A stretch of DNA of 63,671 bases, filler included, from Collodictyon triciliatum (taxonomy: Eukaryota): assembly GCA_043381765.1 (NCBI GenBank). It is 12 parts of 12 records of this genome, joined end to end, with 100 filler letters (N's around TTAATTAATTAA, not from the genome) between each part and the next. Parts side by side here need not be neighbours in the genome. Positions count along the whole stretch, not along the records: positions 1 to 10,949 come from JBHJMP010005539.1; positions 11,050 to 16,088 come from JBHJMP010005541.1; 10 more parts are not named here. One strand, written 5' to 3'. Made by a program: the position numbers and the translations under genes. How positions within the stretch are numbered: position 1 is the first letter of the stretch; every line of letters starts with the position of its first letter. This document shows positions 1 to 11,221 of the stretch, one piece after another. The notes beneath the pieces were generated by a model. That model was given only the letters and a program-made list of their open reading frames with translations, searched no databases and was not told where the DNA came from.

Positions 1-94
<94 letters not shown>
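1..94. repeat. (TAA)n microsatellite, intronic in the GMC gene
   Basis: Perfect TAA run from the window start. Confidence 0.95.
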
Positions 95-95
<1 letters not shown>

Positions 96-103
96 TGCAT
101 TAC

Positions 104-3100
104 TGGGTGGTAGCAAGTCCAGGAAAATTGCTTGGCATATTCCCGGAGGTCCTATGACAGGGAAATTGTAAGGACACCATCCGTTGGACATTGATCGACT
201 TCACAATATCCCGAAGCAGGAAGTATTTCCTTATATTAAAACCTTTTTGTCGGTTATATGAGCTCCAGGCTGAACTTCTTGAGCAACATATTTCATTTTT
301 TGTGCAATTCTTCTCACTCTCTCAACACTTTCAATAAACGGATCTAAGTCTTCGTCATTCTTTAGATAATTTAACAAAGTAAATGCTTCATGTTTTTTTC
401 CCCATAAGCGCATACCGCCAACATGTGTGAATTACGAATGTTTGTTAGAAATGTGGATGAGAAATACTTGTAGGAACTGAGGGTCAATGAGTGGAGCATC
501 CGATGGATTATTTGACTGTAGGCGGACGGTTCCCTTGGATTTGTAGTGAAGTAAAGTGTGGACTGCAACAAAACACGAAGCCTTTTTATCTTCTACTCTC
601 TTTGCAAAACCACTGTCGATTAAATGTTTGGGATACCCAGGGTCCTTCGGCAATGGAAGACCATACCTAACTGACATTTCCTATAGGTAAGTATGAACAA
701 GTCAGTCCCAAACCAAAATTTAATTATCTGTTACTTTTTTGGTTCCACAGATAACAAATAACAAATAACAAATAACAAATAACAAATAACAAATAACAAA
801 TAACAAATAACAAATACCAGATATAATAAAAATAACAAAAAATAACAAAAAATAACAAAAAATAACAAAAAATAACAAAAAAATAACAAAAAAATAAACA
901 AAACATCAAACTATAAACAAACAAACAAACAAACACACAAACAAACAAACAAGCAAACAAACAAACAAGCAAACAAACAAACAAGCAAACAAACAAACAA
1001 GCAAACAAACAAACAAACAAACAAAAAAAGAGAGGGAGAAATAACGGATAAACCTCAAATGTCCCAGCAGGGGAAAAGTGAATTTGGACGTCAGGTTGTA
1101 GGTGCTTCTGGTCAAAGTCATTAGAGGGCTCTATAGCGCGCATGAACCCAGATGCTTCCAAAGCGCCGGTCGAGATTGGACCTTTGCCTGTGGAAATCCA
1201 GCTAGCCGCAGCCTAAGGGAAGATAATAACAGAGAAGAAAGAACATATCCATATATGAAATACAAAGAAGTCACAGCTATTTGAAGTAACTTTAAGAGTG
1301 CCCCAGAAAAGGGCGACTTCATTCTTGATGTGAAATGAGATGGTCTAATCATTCATGAAACCCATCACGGTAGTATAAGTATGGATATATTTCCTACCGA
1401 AACAATGCTGACATTGTGTTTATCATAAGTGATAGGTTCTTTGGACTCAAATGAATGGAAGACATTAACATGGTCTTGGAGGTTGGCTCCAACACCCGGA
1501 AGATCGACAAGAGTATGAATCTGAAATGTTTTTTTTTTTTTTTTTTTAATGTGAACGGGTTCATATGAATGGCCAAATCTAATTTTCTTTCACCAGAAGA
1601 CTAATTGCACTGAAATGACTAGGATTAGGAATATGATTAGGAATAGGAATGAGTTCTTTGATGTGCTAGTTACCTTGAATTGCGACAGATGTTCTTTTGG
1701 TCCAATTCCCGATAGCATGAGTATTTGTGGAGAATTGATAGCCCCAGCACACAGGATTACTTCTTTTTGACAAAACAGCTGATATGTCCTTTATTATTGT
1801 CATCATGGTTGTTGAAAATAAAAATGAGAAAATTTATGCTGTTTGATAACTAACTTTGAATCAAATAAAGGGGAAAAAATGTTGTTTGATAACTATTATA
1901 CAAAAATAAATAAAAGAAAATATCACTTCTTTTCATGAACAAATTCAACCCCGACGCTTCGATTACCCTGGAATAGAATCTTGTTTACATGGCAATTTGT
2001 AAGGATTTTGAGATTTTTACGACCAGAAACCTGTTTGACAAATATAGTTTAGGTTTATTCACACCACAAAGCTTAATAAAAATTAAAGAGTATGTTAGCA
2101 GAAGTAGAATTCTCGTAGGTCAAATTTCAAAGCAGAAAAACTATTGAAATAAAACTTACCGGGCTGATAAATGCCCTTGCAGTACTACATCTATAGCCGT
2201 TTCCAACGGTCAATTGCAGGGGACCGAAGCCGAACTGGGATGCTCCGTTATGATCGGGATTCATTATTTCACTACATTTTTGTAAACCCAAACAGAAAAT
2301 TATATCATTTGAATATAAAACAAATCCTGATTTTCCATATGACTTTAAATATGGGTGCTTATATAAAAATGTATTTCATTTTCGCTCAATGAACTGTTGA
2401 AATGAAATAAAAAAAAAAAAAAAGGGGGGGGGGGGGGGGGAAGGTTTCATTACCCAGCCTTTTTAGAAGCTTCCAAAAAATCTTTTGTGATAGGGTTGAG
2501 ATCTGGTGAGGTTACTTTCAACATGCCCCCAGAACCGTGATAAATAGAAGCACCGCGGTCATTATCCTCAGATTTCCTAAAATATGACAACACCTAGCAA
2601 GCAATTAAGTGACACAGGCGATAACATGCATGAACTATGGAACCGAAGGAATACTAGAAAAGTTCTCGGAATACGAAATAGTGGGCTGACCAACCTTATC
2701 ATACGACCAAGAATCATCACCAACCAATTCAGCCCATCGGTTAAAGTCGGCAGCATTTCCTCTGATATAAACCATGGCTTGTGATTTGATGAAAAGCGGT
2801 CATTCAAGTGAGTACAAATTGGTTTCGAAGCAACTCGCATGGAAAAGGCCTGAAAATTTACTCGGAAAGCAACATCTATGTACGAAAATGAATGCACATG
2901 ATACAAATGATACCATTAGTAGAGCTGCATCCACCCATGACCTTTCCACGGGGATATATCCTTATCATAAAGAAGAGCTGTCAGATATATGCTTCCGATA
3001 CATTTTTTTTTTATTCTTCCTTTCAATTTTGTGCAGGATGGTGAAGATGTTGGATATGCTTCCGATACATAAAAGATACTCGATACTTTTCTTTTATCCA

Positions 3101-3825
3101 TGGTTTTCTTTTAGAATGCCAAAGGGGCTCACCACTTATCTCCTCTCTTCCAAAGTGGGTTTCCAGTTCCCGGCTGACTTGTTGTCCAGTAGCCCCAATC
3201 GTACTTCTCTGCTAATGAAGCATCCACGTGAATCTCAGGCCATAACGCTGGTAGCTGGATGAAGAGGGAGGAATCCGGCGGCCCGGACTCTAACAAAACA
3301 ACGCGGTTTCGTGGATCTTCACTCAAGCGAGAGGCCATAACGCAGCCTATGAGGATTTTTTTTTAAAAAAAAAGTAAAGAGATTGAGTTATAGTAATATC
3401 TTTGACAAATCAAACAGAAAAGGAATAGATTTTAATCCTCGGGGACATTGCAGTTCAGCAACATATCATTATGATGAAAATCATTACCAGCCGAGCCTCC
3501 TCCGATGATAATATAATCGCACCCTTGGTGAACAACTGAAAATATGGCGAAGTCGGTCACAGAAATGAAATAGACGACGAAAATAAAAAGAATGAAACAT
3601 AAACCGAGAGGGTGGGATGAATATCAATATTTGGTGTGCGAGGTGTTTGTATAGACAGTTCTCCCTCCAAGCACCTTGCAAGCTCTTTGGGTCTTTGCAC
3701 AGATAAAAGAAAATTGAGTCGATCTTTTGGTTCTATGCACCTTGTTCTGGGGTGGGTGTGGAACGCGTGAAGTAGTACGCCAAAGAAGCTCCTACGAAGG
3801 TGCCTGCTACAACCTTTCCGTCCAT
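104..3825 (-). CDS. GMC oxidoreductase (choline dehydrogenase/alcohol oxidase-like), multi-exon, 3' end outside the window
   Basis: Spliced reading: [59 protein letters not shown] (FAD-binding Rossmann motif), [64 protein letters not shown]. Confidence 0.92.
750..1030. repeat. Compound (AAATAAC)n/(AAAC)n microsatellite in a GMC intron
   Basis: Directly visible; it produces the spurious CLFV-repeat ORFs. Confidence 0.9.
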
Positions 3826-4229
3826 TTCCTGGGGACAGGTATTCATAAGTTTATGGGCAAAAGAGCAGAAGTTTTTCTGGTTCGAGTTTTATTCATCTGG
3901 TGGAGGAGAACGGGGGCGATTGGAGGGCCTCAGTAAAAAAAAACAAAAACAAAAAAAAAGTATGGCCCTCAAAGCCTTTCGTGGGGGTTTGCGATGGTTG
4001 AAACCAAGTGGGAGTTGTGGAGGTGAGCAATCTTTGACTTGTTTTGTTTTTCTTAGGCGCGAGTGTAAGACAATTCACATTTCGCTAAATTGGAATTTAT
4101 AGTAAATTATATGTATTACGGATAATATTCGACTTCAGTCTGCCATTGTTATTATCCTTTTCTTTTATTCAGTTTTTTAGTCTTAATGAAATAATATATT
4201 ATGACACATGTTTTTTTATTCTAAAAGTC

Positions 4230-4795
4230 TTAGCTGTCGAGCCCATCTCAACAATCTTTCATTCAACCATCAGGCAAGTAGTTCCAAAGTAGTTGGGATG
4301 TGTGGGAGATAGAAAAAGAAAAACAGGGATAAAGGGATAAAAAAGAAAAAAGGGAAAAGAGAGGTCCTTGAGGCTTGATAAGAGACGCATGGATTTCTTT
4401 TGGGGACGCATGATAGCGTCCCATGAGCGTGAGAAAAAAAGGGACGGGTGATGTTGATTGGATGGAGGAGGGGAAATACTGCTTTGATGGCGCAAGCTGT
4501 CGAAAAGGATAGTGAAAAGAGAAGTGAGGTTCGTTTGATAAGCACTAGGTCGAGTGCAAAGAGGACTTCTCTGCATGGTTGACTCACCTCCTTCCAGACC
4601 GTGTTAGGGTCTTTTCAGTGGGGTTGTCGAAGGGATTTCTCCCTCTTGCTTGCAAAAGAAACCTCTGACTATAAGCTTCCACTCCCTGGTATCTCTCACA
4701 GCCAAGGTCGGGAGTTTTGGCTTTGTTACCTCAGGTCTTGCAAGTGGATTTGGTCAGCTATTCAGGACTCACATGTCATGAGGTGTTAGCTGCCT
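4230..4795 (-). mobile_element. Possible degenerate non-LTR retrotransposon 3' fragment (CCHC zinc-knuckle relic)
   Basis: The minus strand gives RSPLCTRPSAY and, after a frame change, NEPHFSFHYP. This resembles the CPLC..E..HFLFHCP knuckle at the end of LINE ORF2. GC is higher than in the flanks and the sequence runs into an assembly gap. Confidence 0.35.
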
Positions 4796-5667
4796 NNNNN
4801 NNNNNNNNNNNNNNNNNNNNNNNNNNNNNNNNNNNNNNNNNNNNNNNNNNNNNNNNNNNNNNNNNNNNNNNNNNNNNNNNNNNNNNNNNNNNNNNNNNNN
4901 NNNNNNNNNNNNNNNNNNNNNNNNNNNNNNNNNNNNNNNNNNNNNNNNNNNNNNNNNNNNNNNNNNNNNNNNNNNNNNNNNNNNNNNNNNNNNNNNNNNN
5001 NNNNNNNNNNNNNNNNNNNNNNNNNNNNNNNNNNNNNNNNNNNNNNNNNNNNNNNNNNNNNNNNNNNNNNNNNNNNNNNNNNNNNNNNNNNNNNNNNNNN
5101 NNNNNNNNNNNNNNNNNNNNNNNNNNNNNNNNNNNNNNNNNNNNNNNNNNNNNNNNNNNNNNNNNNNNNNNNNNNNNNNNNNNNNNNNNNNNNNNNNNNN
5201 NNNNNNNNNNNNNNNNNNNNNNNNNNNNNNNNNNNNNNNNNNNNNNNNNNNNNNNNNNNNNNNNNNNNNNNNNNNNNNNNNNNNNNNNNNNNNNNNNNNN
5301 NNNNNNNNNNNNNNNNNNNNNNNNNNNNNNNNNNNNNNNNNNNNNNNNNNNNNNNNNNNNNNNNNNNNNNNNNNNNNNNNNNNNNNNNNNNNNNNNNNNN
5401 NNNNNNNNNNNNNNNNNNNNNNNNNNNNNNNNNNNNNNNNNNNNNNNNNNNNNNNNNNNNNNNNNNNNNNNNNNNNNNNNNNNNNNNNNNNNNNNNNNNN
5501 NNNNNNNNNNNNNNNNNNNNNNNNNNNNNNNNNNNNNNNNNNNNNNNNNNNNNNNNNNNNNNNNNNNNNNNNNNNNNNNNNNNNNNNNNNNNNNNNNNNN
5601 NNNNNNNNNNNNNNNNNNNNNNNNNNNNNNNNNNNNNNNNNNNNNNNNNNNNNNNNNNNNNNNNNNN
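4796..5667. other. Intra-scaffold gap (872 N, no linker)
   Basis: Run of N without the TTAATTAATTAA spacer. Confidence 0.98.
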
Positions 5668-8419
5668 TGTAGATTCTGGAACAACACTTATAGAAAAAAT
5701 GAAAACAATGAAAGCTTTAAATTTTGGAAAGGGAGGTGAGTTTAACACTGCGGTGAGAGAATCGTTAATCGCATTTGCTAACTCACTAAAAGCTCCAGGT
5801 GAAACACGAGAGTTTGGAAAATGGACAGTCAATTCAATTAATTATTTTTTTGATAATGTTCAATTAGTTAATGAAAAAATACCAACAGCATCCAATATAT
5901 ACGAAACTCATCAACAGGCAGGAGTAGCAAGGTCTGCAAGTGCAAGTTTAGACCCTTCAAGAGCTGGGTCACAAGTAACCTCAGGAGTTGTAACCAGGTC
6001 ACAAAGCAAACAAGCAAGTGAAGCACCTTCTCAGCAAGAGTCAAAAAAAAAACTGTCACCTGAAAAAGAAAAAGAAAAACCAAAGACTCATCCAAAACCT
6101 GCACCAACTTTAGATATAGAAGCCGTATTAAAAAGCCCAAAGTTAAAACCATTAATTGAAAAGAAAAAGTCAAAAAAAAAAACCAAGACCAGTGGTTGAT
6201 GAATCAGAGAAATTTGTAGCTGCTGACACTTTTGATTTCGAAACCAATAGACCTAAAGATACACCTTCACCTCCAAAAGAAAAAACTCCTCCTCCAAAGG
6301 AAAAAACTCCTCCTCCAAAAGAAAAAACTCCTCCTCCAAAAGCAAAAACTCCATCTCCTCCTCCAAAGGAAAAAACTCCACCCAAAAAATCACCACCGAA
6401 ACAACCAATTCCTCAAGAAAAGCCAATTGTAAAAAAAAATAATTATCTTTCTCACCGATGGAAGAGTCACCTAAAGAACGTCGCAAATCATTATTTGAAA
6501 CAAAATCGGAGCCATATAAACAAATGGTGATGCAAAGGTGGGGCAATCAATTAAAAATAATGTACAGCACTAAAACTACTGTATCAAAGTTTTTAGGTGT
6601 GTTGAGTGATTTTCTTGAAACAACATCAATTCCTGACAAAGTAAAAAAGCGTAAATTTTTGTTAAAGAAAGTAGGTTTGTTGTTGGGTGATGATTCTCAT
6701 AAGTTTTTTAATAAATCATTTGGATTTAGGATGCCTGACATAGATAATGATGCTGATTTAGATGGGGACGACTTGTTTATAGATTTGACTGATTTTGTAA
6801 TGAAAAAACAGGTTGCACAGCCTGCGATAATTGAAAAGTTTATTAATTATATTTTGTCTCTTACCAAACAAAGTGAAATTACAAAGGGTGTTAAAGTTAT
6901 TGAAGCAGAAGCGACACCTGTTAAATCAGACGCAGTTAGAAAAAGTTTTAAAAGCCCAAAGCAACTGGCTATGGAAGAAGAGCTTGCAAAGAGAGCAAAG
7001 GAGAAGGAGGGGAAATCAGCAAAGGCTATAGAAGAACAAGAACAGAGGAAGGAGCAGATAAAAAAAGAAAAAGAGAGGACTGAAAGAGAAATATTTGCGC
7101 AGGCAAAAGATCAGGCAGTAAATAGAGAAAAAACAGAAAAAGATAAAGAGGAAGGATTAGAATATCAAAAAATTCCATTGATGGACCGATTTAATTTTTA
7201 TAAAACAGATGAAAGTTATCGATTTGCGACCAGTCAAGTATTGACTAGCATTAACACACTACCTCCAGAAAACGAAAGTTTAAGGCAGTCATTCTTAAGA
7301 CAATTGTACACGGAATTTCAAAAAGTTTTAGAACGATTGGGATACGATTTCAATAGAGATAGGTTAGGAATCAATAATCTAACTTTGGATATCGTAAACG
7401 ACCCTGAAGACCGATTGAATTTTACAAATAATATATACTTTGCAGTATTTAACGAACTGAATGCATTAACCTATATTAGTGTTACACGAGTTGTAAGAAA
7501 TTTGGGTCAGTTGAAACCCTATATAATTGATAATATGAATCAATATGCCAAAGATTATAGTAAAACTAGATTTGGGGAAACATCTACTATGATTGCCGCT
7601 AAATAAAGCAAGGGGTGAAAAAGAAGTGGATATATCTGAGTTGTATGGGACTGCTTAAAAAAATACTTCTAGGAGAGTCGTTTATTTTGGGTGATGAGAC
7701 AATTTGTTCAAAGACTATTTTTGATTGGGACTATGATATTTCAGTATATTTTGAGGATGCTGAAGATATAGTCAATGCTATTGCAAAAGGAAGAGCTGAC
7801 CGTGTCACACTAAATGTTTTTGTAGATAACGTTACTAATCATTCGGAATGCATAAGATGTCTTATGATAATATTAAAAGAATGAAAACATTTTTTGAAGG
7901 TATTAATGAACCGTTGGAAATTCTATTTAGTCCAGAACAATATTCATTGGTTCCATTAGATCATTGGCATTTAGACGGAAAAGCTACATCTATGTTTTTA
8001 AAAGCAGTTCGTGAATTATTTTTGGGTTTACAAGTCGAATATTCCTTTGAGAATTATTTAAGATTCGTTGATAAATATCGAAAAAGAATGTTGGATGTCT
8101 CAGAACATATGGTAGGGTATCGTGTTGATGATGTTTGGATATATCTGATGTCAAAAGATACTAACCACAGGAAGATGATTATGCAGACGCCCAGACAGAT
8201 TTCAATATAACTTTTAATACGGTTTTAGCAGAGGATGTTGATTTGCTAGAAGAGTTTGGAATAGAACCAGATGATCGACAAGGTATGATTGAAAGTAAAA
8301 AATCTTCAGCGCGCCCACCATCTTTAAAATATAGGACTATTGCAAGAGGACGATCAAAATATTTATTTAAAATCTGGTTAGATGAGAATAGAACAAGATT
8401 TATAGGTATAACTGCATAA
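5668..8419 (+). pseudogene. Large disrupted intronless orphan gene (or two genes), Lys/Pro/Glu-rich
   Basis: ORF pieces 5669-6199, 6156-6530, 6458-7606, 7615-7884, 7848-8210 and an unlisted frame 8165-8419 (PQEDDYADAQTDF...RFIGITA*) chain together through single-base shifts at A11 6172-6182, 6431-6442, ~7600-7680, ~7845 and 8163. Confidence 0.65.
6270..6385 (+). repeat. 21-nt coding tandem repeat encoding PPKEKTP
   Basis: cctccaaa(a/g)gaaaaaactcct, about 5 copies. Confidence 0.9.
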
Positions 8420-8439
8420 ATAAATTTCTAAGTAGGTAT

Positions 8440-9288
8440 ATGGCTGATACTAGTGGGGATACGATAGCTTACACAGGTAAAGGAACTCAAGGAACAGGAA
8501 GCAGATGTACAATTGTAAGAGAGGTAGGTGGACGCGCCCCTCGTGAAGATGAAGATGACCCAGCGGGTGAGTTTACATTAAGTGTATTTAAAATTGAAAT
8601 TGCTGAGGGATTTCGTATGGCTCAGGGTGAATGTTTTGAAGCTGAATTGACAAGAGTAAAACAGAGTGAAAATATACCAACGAGAAATCTGTCAGACTTT
8701 ATTGAAAGTCTTAATGACCCAGATGTATTCCTACAGCAAAAGAAACAGAACCTAATCAAACAATTTGAAGAGCTAGGTGCGCAATATATTCAATTCCCCA
8801 ATGAAACTAATAGGGACATTGTGAGACGACTAGACTTAATAAAAAAAAAAATAAAGATACAGAACGAAGCATATGCATCTATGCGCACAGGTGAGCCTTT
8901 GAAATTAGAAAAAGGATTTATTCAAACATCTGAATTTTCCCAGGAAAAGATTTTATCAAGCGTAGTGAATAGCAGCCCCACTTCAAAAATTATAAGATTC
9001 ACAAGTGGTATTTCTGAAGTCAAAATTGTTCCTGATGGTAATGGGCAATACTTTGGTGTGCAATCTGGCAAATGATTCGGTCCTGGGAAATTCCCTGACA
9101 TCGAACGCTGGGCTCAACGCGGTGGGTTTGAGGCAAACGAGAAACGTGAATTAAAAAAATATTATGGGCGCTATCAAGGACCCCGAAAAGATGAAGGCGG
9201 TTGTATTCAGAGCACGCAAACTTTAAAGGGATTGGTTATTTTATTCAGAAGACGAATGCAGTCCCATAATGGCGGTACAGCAGCGTGA
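8440..9288 (+). pseudogene. Intronless orphan gene with an internal TGA at 9073-9075
   Basis: 211-aa ORF. The same frame stays open for 70 codons past the TGA (QSGK*FGPGKFPDIERWAQRGG...). Confidence 0.6.
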
Positions 9289-9553
9289 AGGCAATCAGTT
9301 GAAGTTCTTCATCGTCGTCGTGGTCTTCATTCCAGTTAATAACGAGTCCTCTTAAATTGTCATATAGTCCTTCTTCCTCAAAGTTTGGCCAGGCTTTGCT
9401 GATGCGGTACATCGTCACAAGTTTAAGTTTTTTGTGTTCGTAACTTTGCAAATGTTGCCGTCTGGGATGTATATCAATTGTAAGTGCGCGGGTCACGGAG
9501 TCGAATTCGATTGTGGCCTCGTGATTGCCGAATTAGAAGATTTCGTCTTTCAT
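9245..9553 (-). pseudogene. Small intronless orphan gene with a premature TAA at codon 7
   Basis: ATG at 9553 gives MKDEIF*FGNHEATIEFDSVTRALTIDIHP..., in frame with the listed ORF 9245-9496. Confidence 0.6.
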
Positions 9554-9622
9554 TTTAATAAGATGTATTCTGAGTATTTGAGCTGGTGTGAATAATATTA
9601 AATATCAACTTTATACAACATT

Positions 9623-9630
9623 TCAATTTT
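9623..9630 (-). promoter_or_regulatory. AAAATTGA, matching the Mimiviridae early promoter octamer
   Basis: Exact octamer ~70 nt upstream of the ATG at 9553. The same octamer also occurs in host introns of this window, so support is weak. Confidence 0.3.
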
Positions 9631-10007
9631 ATAAAAATCTATCGGCGCTGGGTCGCTGGGTCGGTGGTAGGGCCAAGCATCGCCGTAGGAAATTGTTGTT
9701 ACTGCAAAACTGCACAAGTGCATAAGCTAAAGTATAAAATATTAAACCAACCTACATAATCTGATATTATATTTATCTATATAGTTAGATAAAAATAATA
9801 CCATAATCTTTATATTATATAATAGTAACTAGGATAATTATCTATGTAAATCATAGGGTTGGATTCTATGTTAGTGTGTCAGTGTTTGCAGTCTCGCCTG
9901 TCATCGGCACACATCTTTCAGTGTCAGGGCATATACTCGGAAAGCATTGCAAATATAGTATCAGAAAACGGTTTTGGGTGAATTTTTGGGATTGCGGGCT
10001 TTAAGTG

Positions 10008-10008
10008 A

Positions 10009-10066
<58 letters not shown>

Positions 10067-10192
10067 ACTATTATTACTATTATTATTACTATTATTACTA
10101 TTATTATTACTATTATTACTATTATTACTATTATTACTATTATTACTATTATTACTATTATTATAACTATTATTCCTAGTATTAGTATTAGT
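10008..10192. repeat. (ATT)n/(ATTATTACT)n microsatellite
   Basis: Directly visible. Confidence 0.95.
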
Positions 10193-10949
10193 AATCTTAA
10201 AAAATGGATTTTATTTTTCAGTTTTCTTTGATTCCCTTCTGCTCTGCCTACACCAATAATTATTTCTTTTTATGAACCACAAGTCCGTTGGTGATGTGTT
10301 ATTTTCGTCGGTTTTGCTCATTCTCTGTATATAAGAACTCATTAATACGAGTTAATCTTTCGTTTTTTCTTTTCTTTGTTCTTCATTTTCTCATTTTATT
10401 TCACGCTCTGCAAACACTGTCGTGGTGATGAATGGTTTACGTGCTTCTCTTGAGCAGATTAATGACAAAAATCAAGATTCTATCGCAGTCAACACCTCGC
10501 ATGTAAACCCCTCCAAAAAAGAACCAAAAGCAAAAAGCAAAAAGGTATTCTACACCCAAACCAAATTAAATATTATAATCCAGATATAGAAAAAACAGCA
10601 GATAGGAGAATCCGTTATTGTGGGTGGTGATCATCAACGCAATCAGTATGGAACAACCCTCCGGCACTGAAGCCTGCAAAGAGTGCCCCTCTCAGATGGA
10701 AACAGAAATAAAAGGCTGAAAAGAAAAAAAAATAAAAGTGATAGTTACGGACTACATGCGTTTTAAGAAAGTACCTCTTGTGCACCCACTTGCCGGGCTC
10801 ATCCCCGGCTCCGAAGGGCGAACAGAGTCTCAGAGCAGACTCCTTTTGCCTTTTGCTTTTTGCTTTTTGCTTTTTGCTTTTTGCTTTTTGCTTTTTGCTT
10901 TTTGCTTTTTGCTTTTTGCTTTTTGCTTTTTGCTTTTTGCTTTTTGCTT

Positions 10950-11049
10950 NNNNNNNNNNNNNNNNNNNNNNNNNNNNNNNNNNNNNNNNNNNNTTAATTA
11001 ATTAANNNNNNNNNNNNNNNNNNNNNNNNNNNNNNNNNNNNNNNNNNNN
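10950..11049. other. Artificial contig spacer (44 N + TTAATTAATTAA + 44 N); the 12-mer starts at 10994, 16133, 21272, 26402, 31530, 36657, 41780, 46900, 52020, 57139 and 62256
   Basis: Identical palindromic six-frame stop linker inside N runs; spacing falls steadily from 5139 to 5117. Confidence 0.98.
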
Positions 11050-11221
11050 CTTTAATTTAAGTGTTGAGCCACGATTGTTTGTCAGATAAAGAGAAAAGAA
11101 AAGAAAAAAAGAAAAAAAGAAAAAAAGAAAAAAAGAAAAAAAGAAAAAAAAGAAAAAAAGAAAAAAAAGAAAAAAAAGTAAGAGAAAGCCGTGCCAAGTT
11201 TGCCCTGTTTTCCCCTCGCGA

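Larger units (their letters stand above)
5668..9700. mobile_element. Candidate decayed endogenous dsDNA viral element (giant virus/virophage/Polinton-like)
   Basis: About 4 kb of near-continuous intron-free coding sequence with a 20-nt intergenic gap, convergent gene ends, A-rich codons and orphan proteins. Every gene is disrupted. The island is contiguous with host-type microsatellites at 10008-10949. No capsid, pPolB or integrase motif recognised. Confidence 0.55.

Noticed and set aside
4717-5832. 300+ aa ORFs spanning the N gap
   Set aside because: Artefacts of translating N runs.
5668-9553. Alternative genetic code in the island
   Set aside because: Both TAA and TGA occur in frame alongside frameshifts, and TAA also ends a gene normally at 8417. 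Decay is the simpler explanation.
10640-10845. Exon-like minus-strand fragments (ESALRLCSPF...KWVHKR|LQCRRVVPY*)
   Set aside because: Possibly the 3' end of a host gene, but too short to support a call.
10994-11005. Periodic palindrome TTAATTAATTAA every ~5.1 kb
   Set aside because: Always centred in 44+44 N. It is a synthetic six-frame stop linker, not a biological motif.
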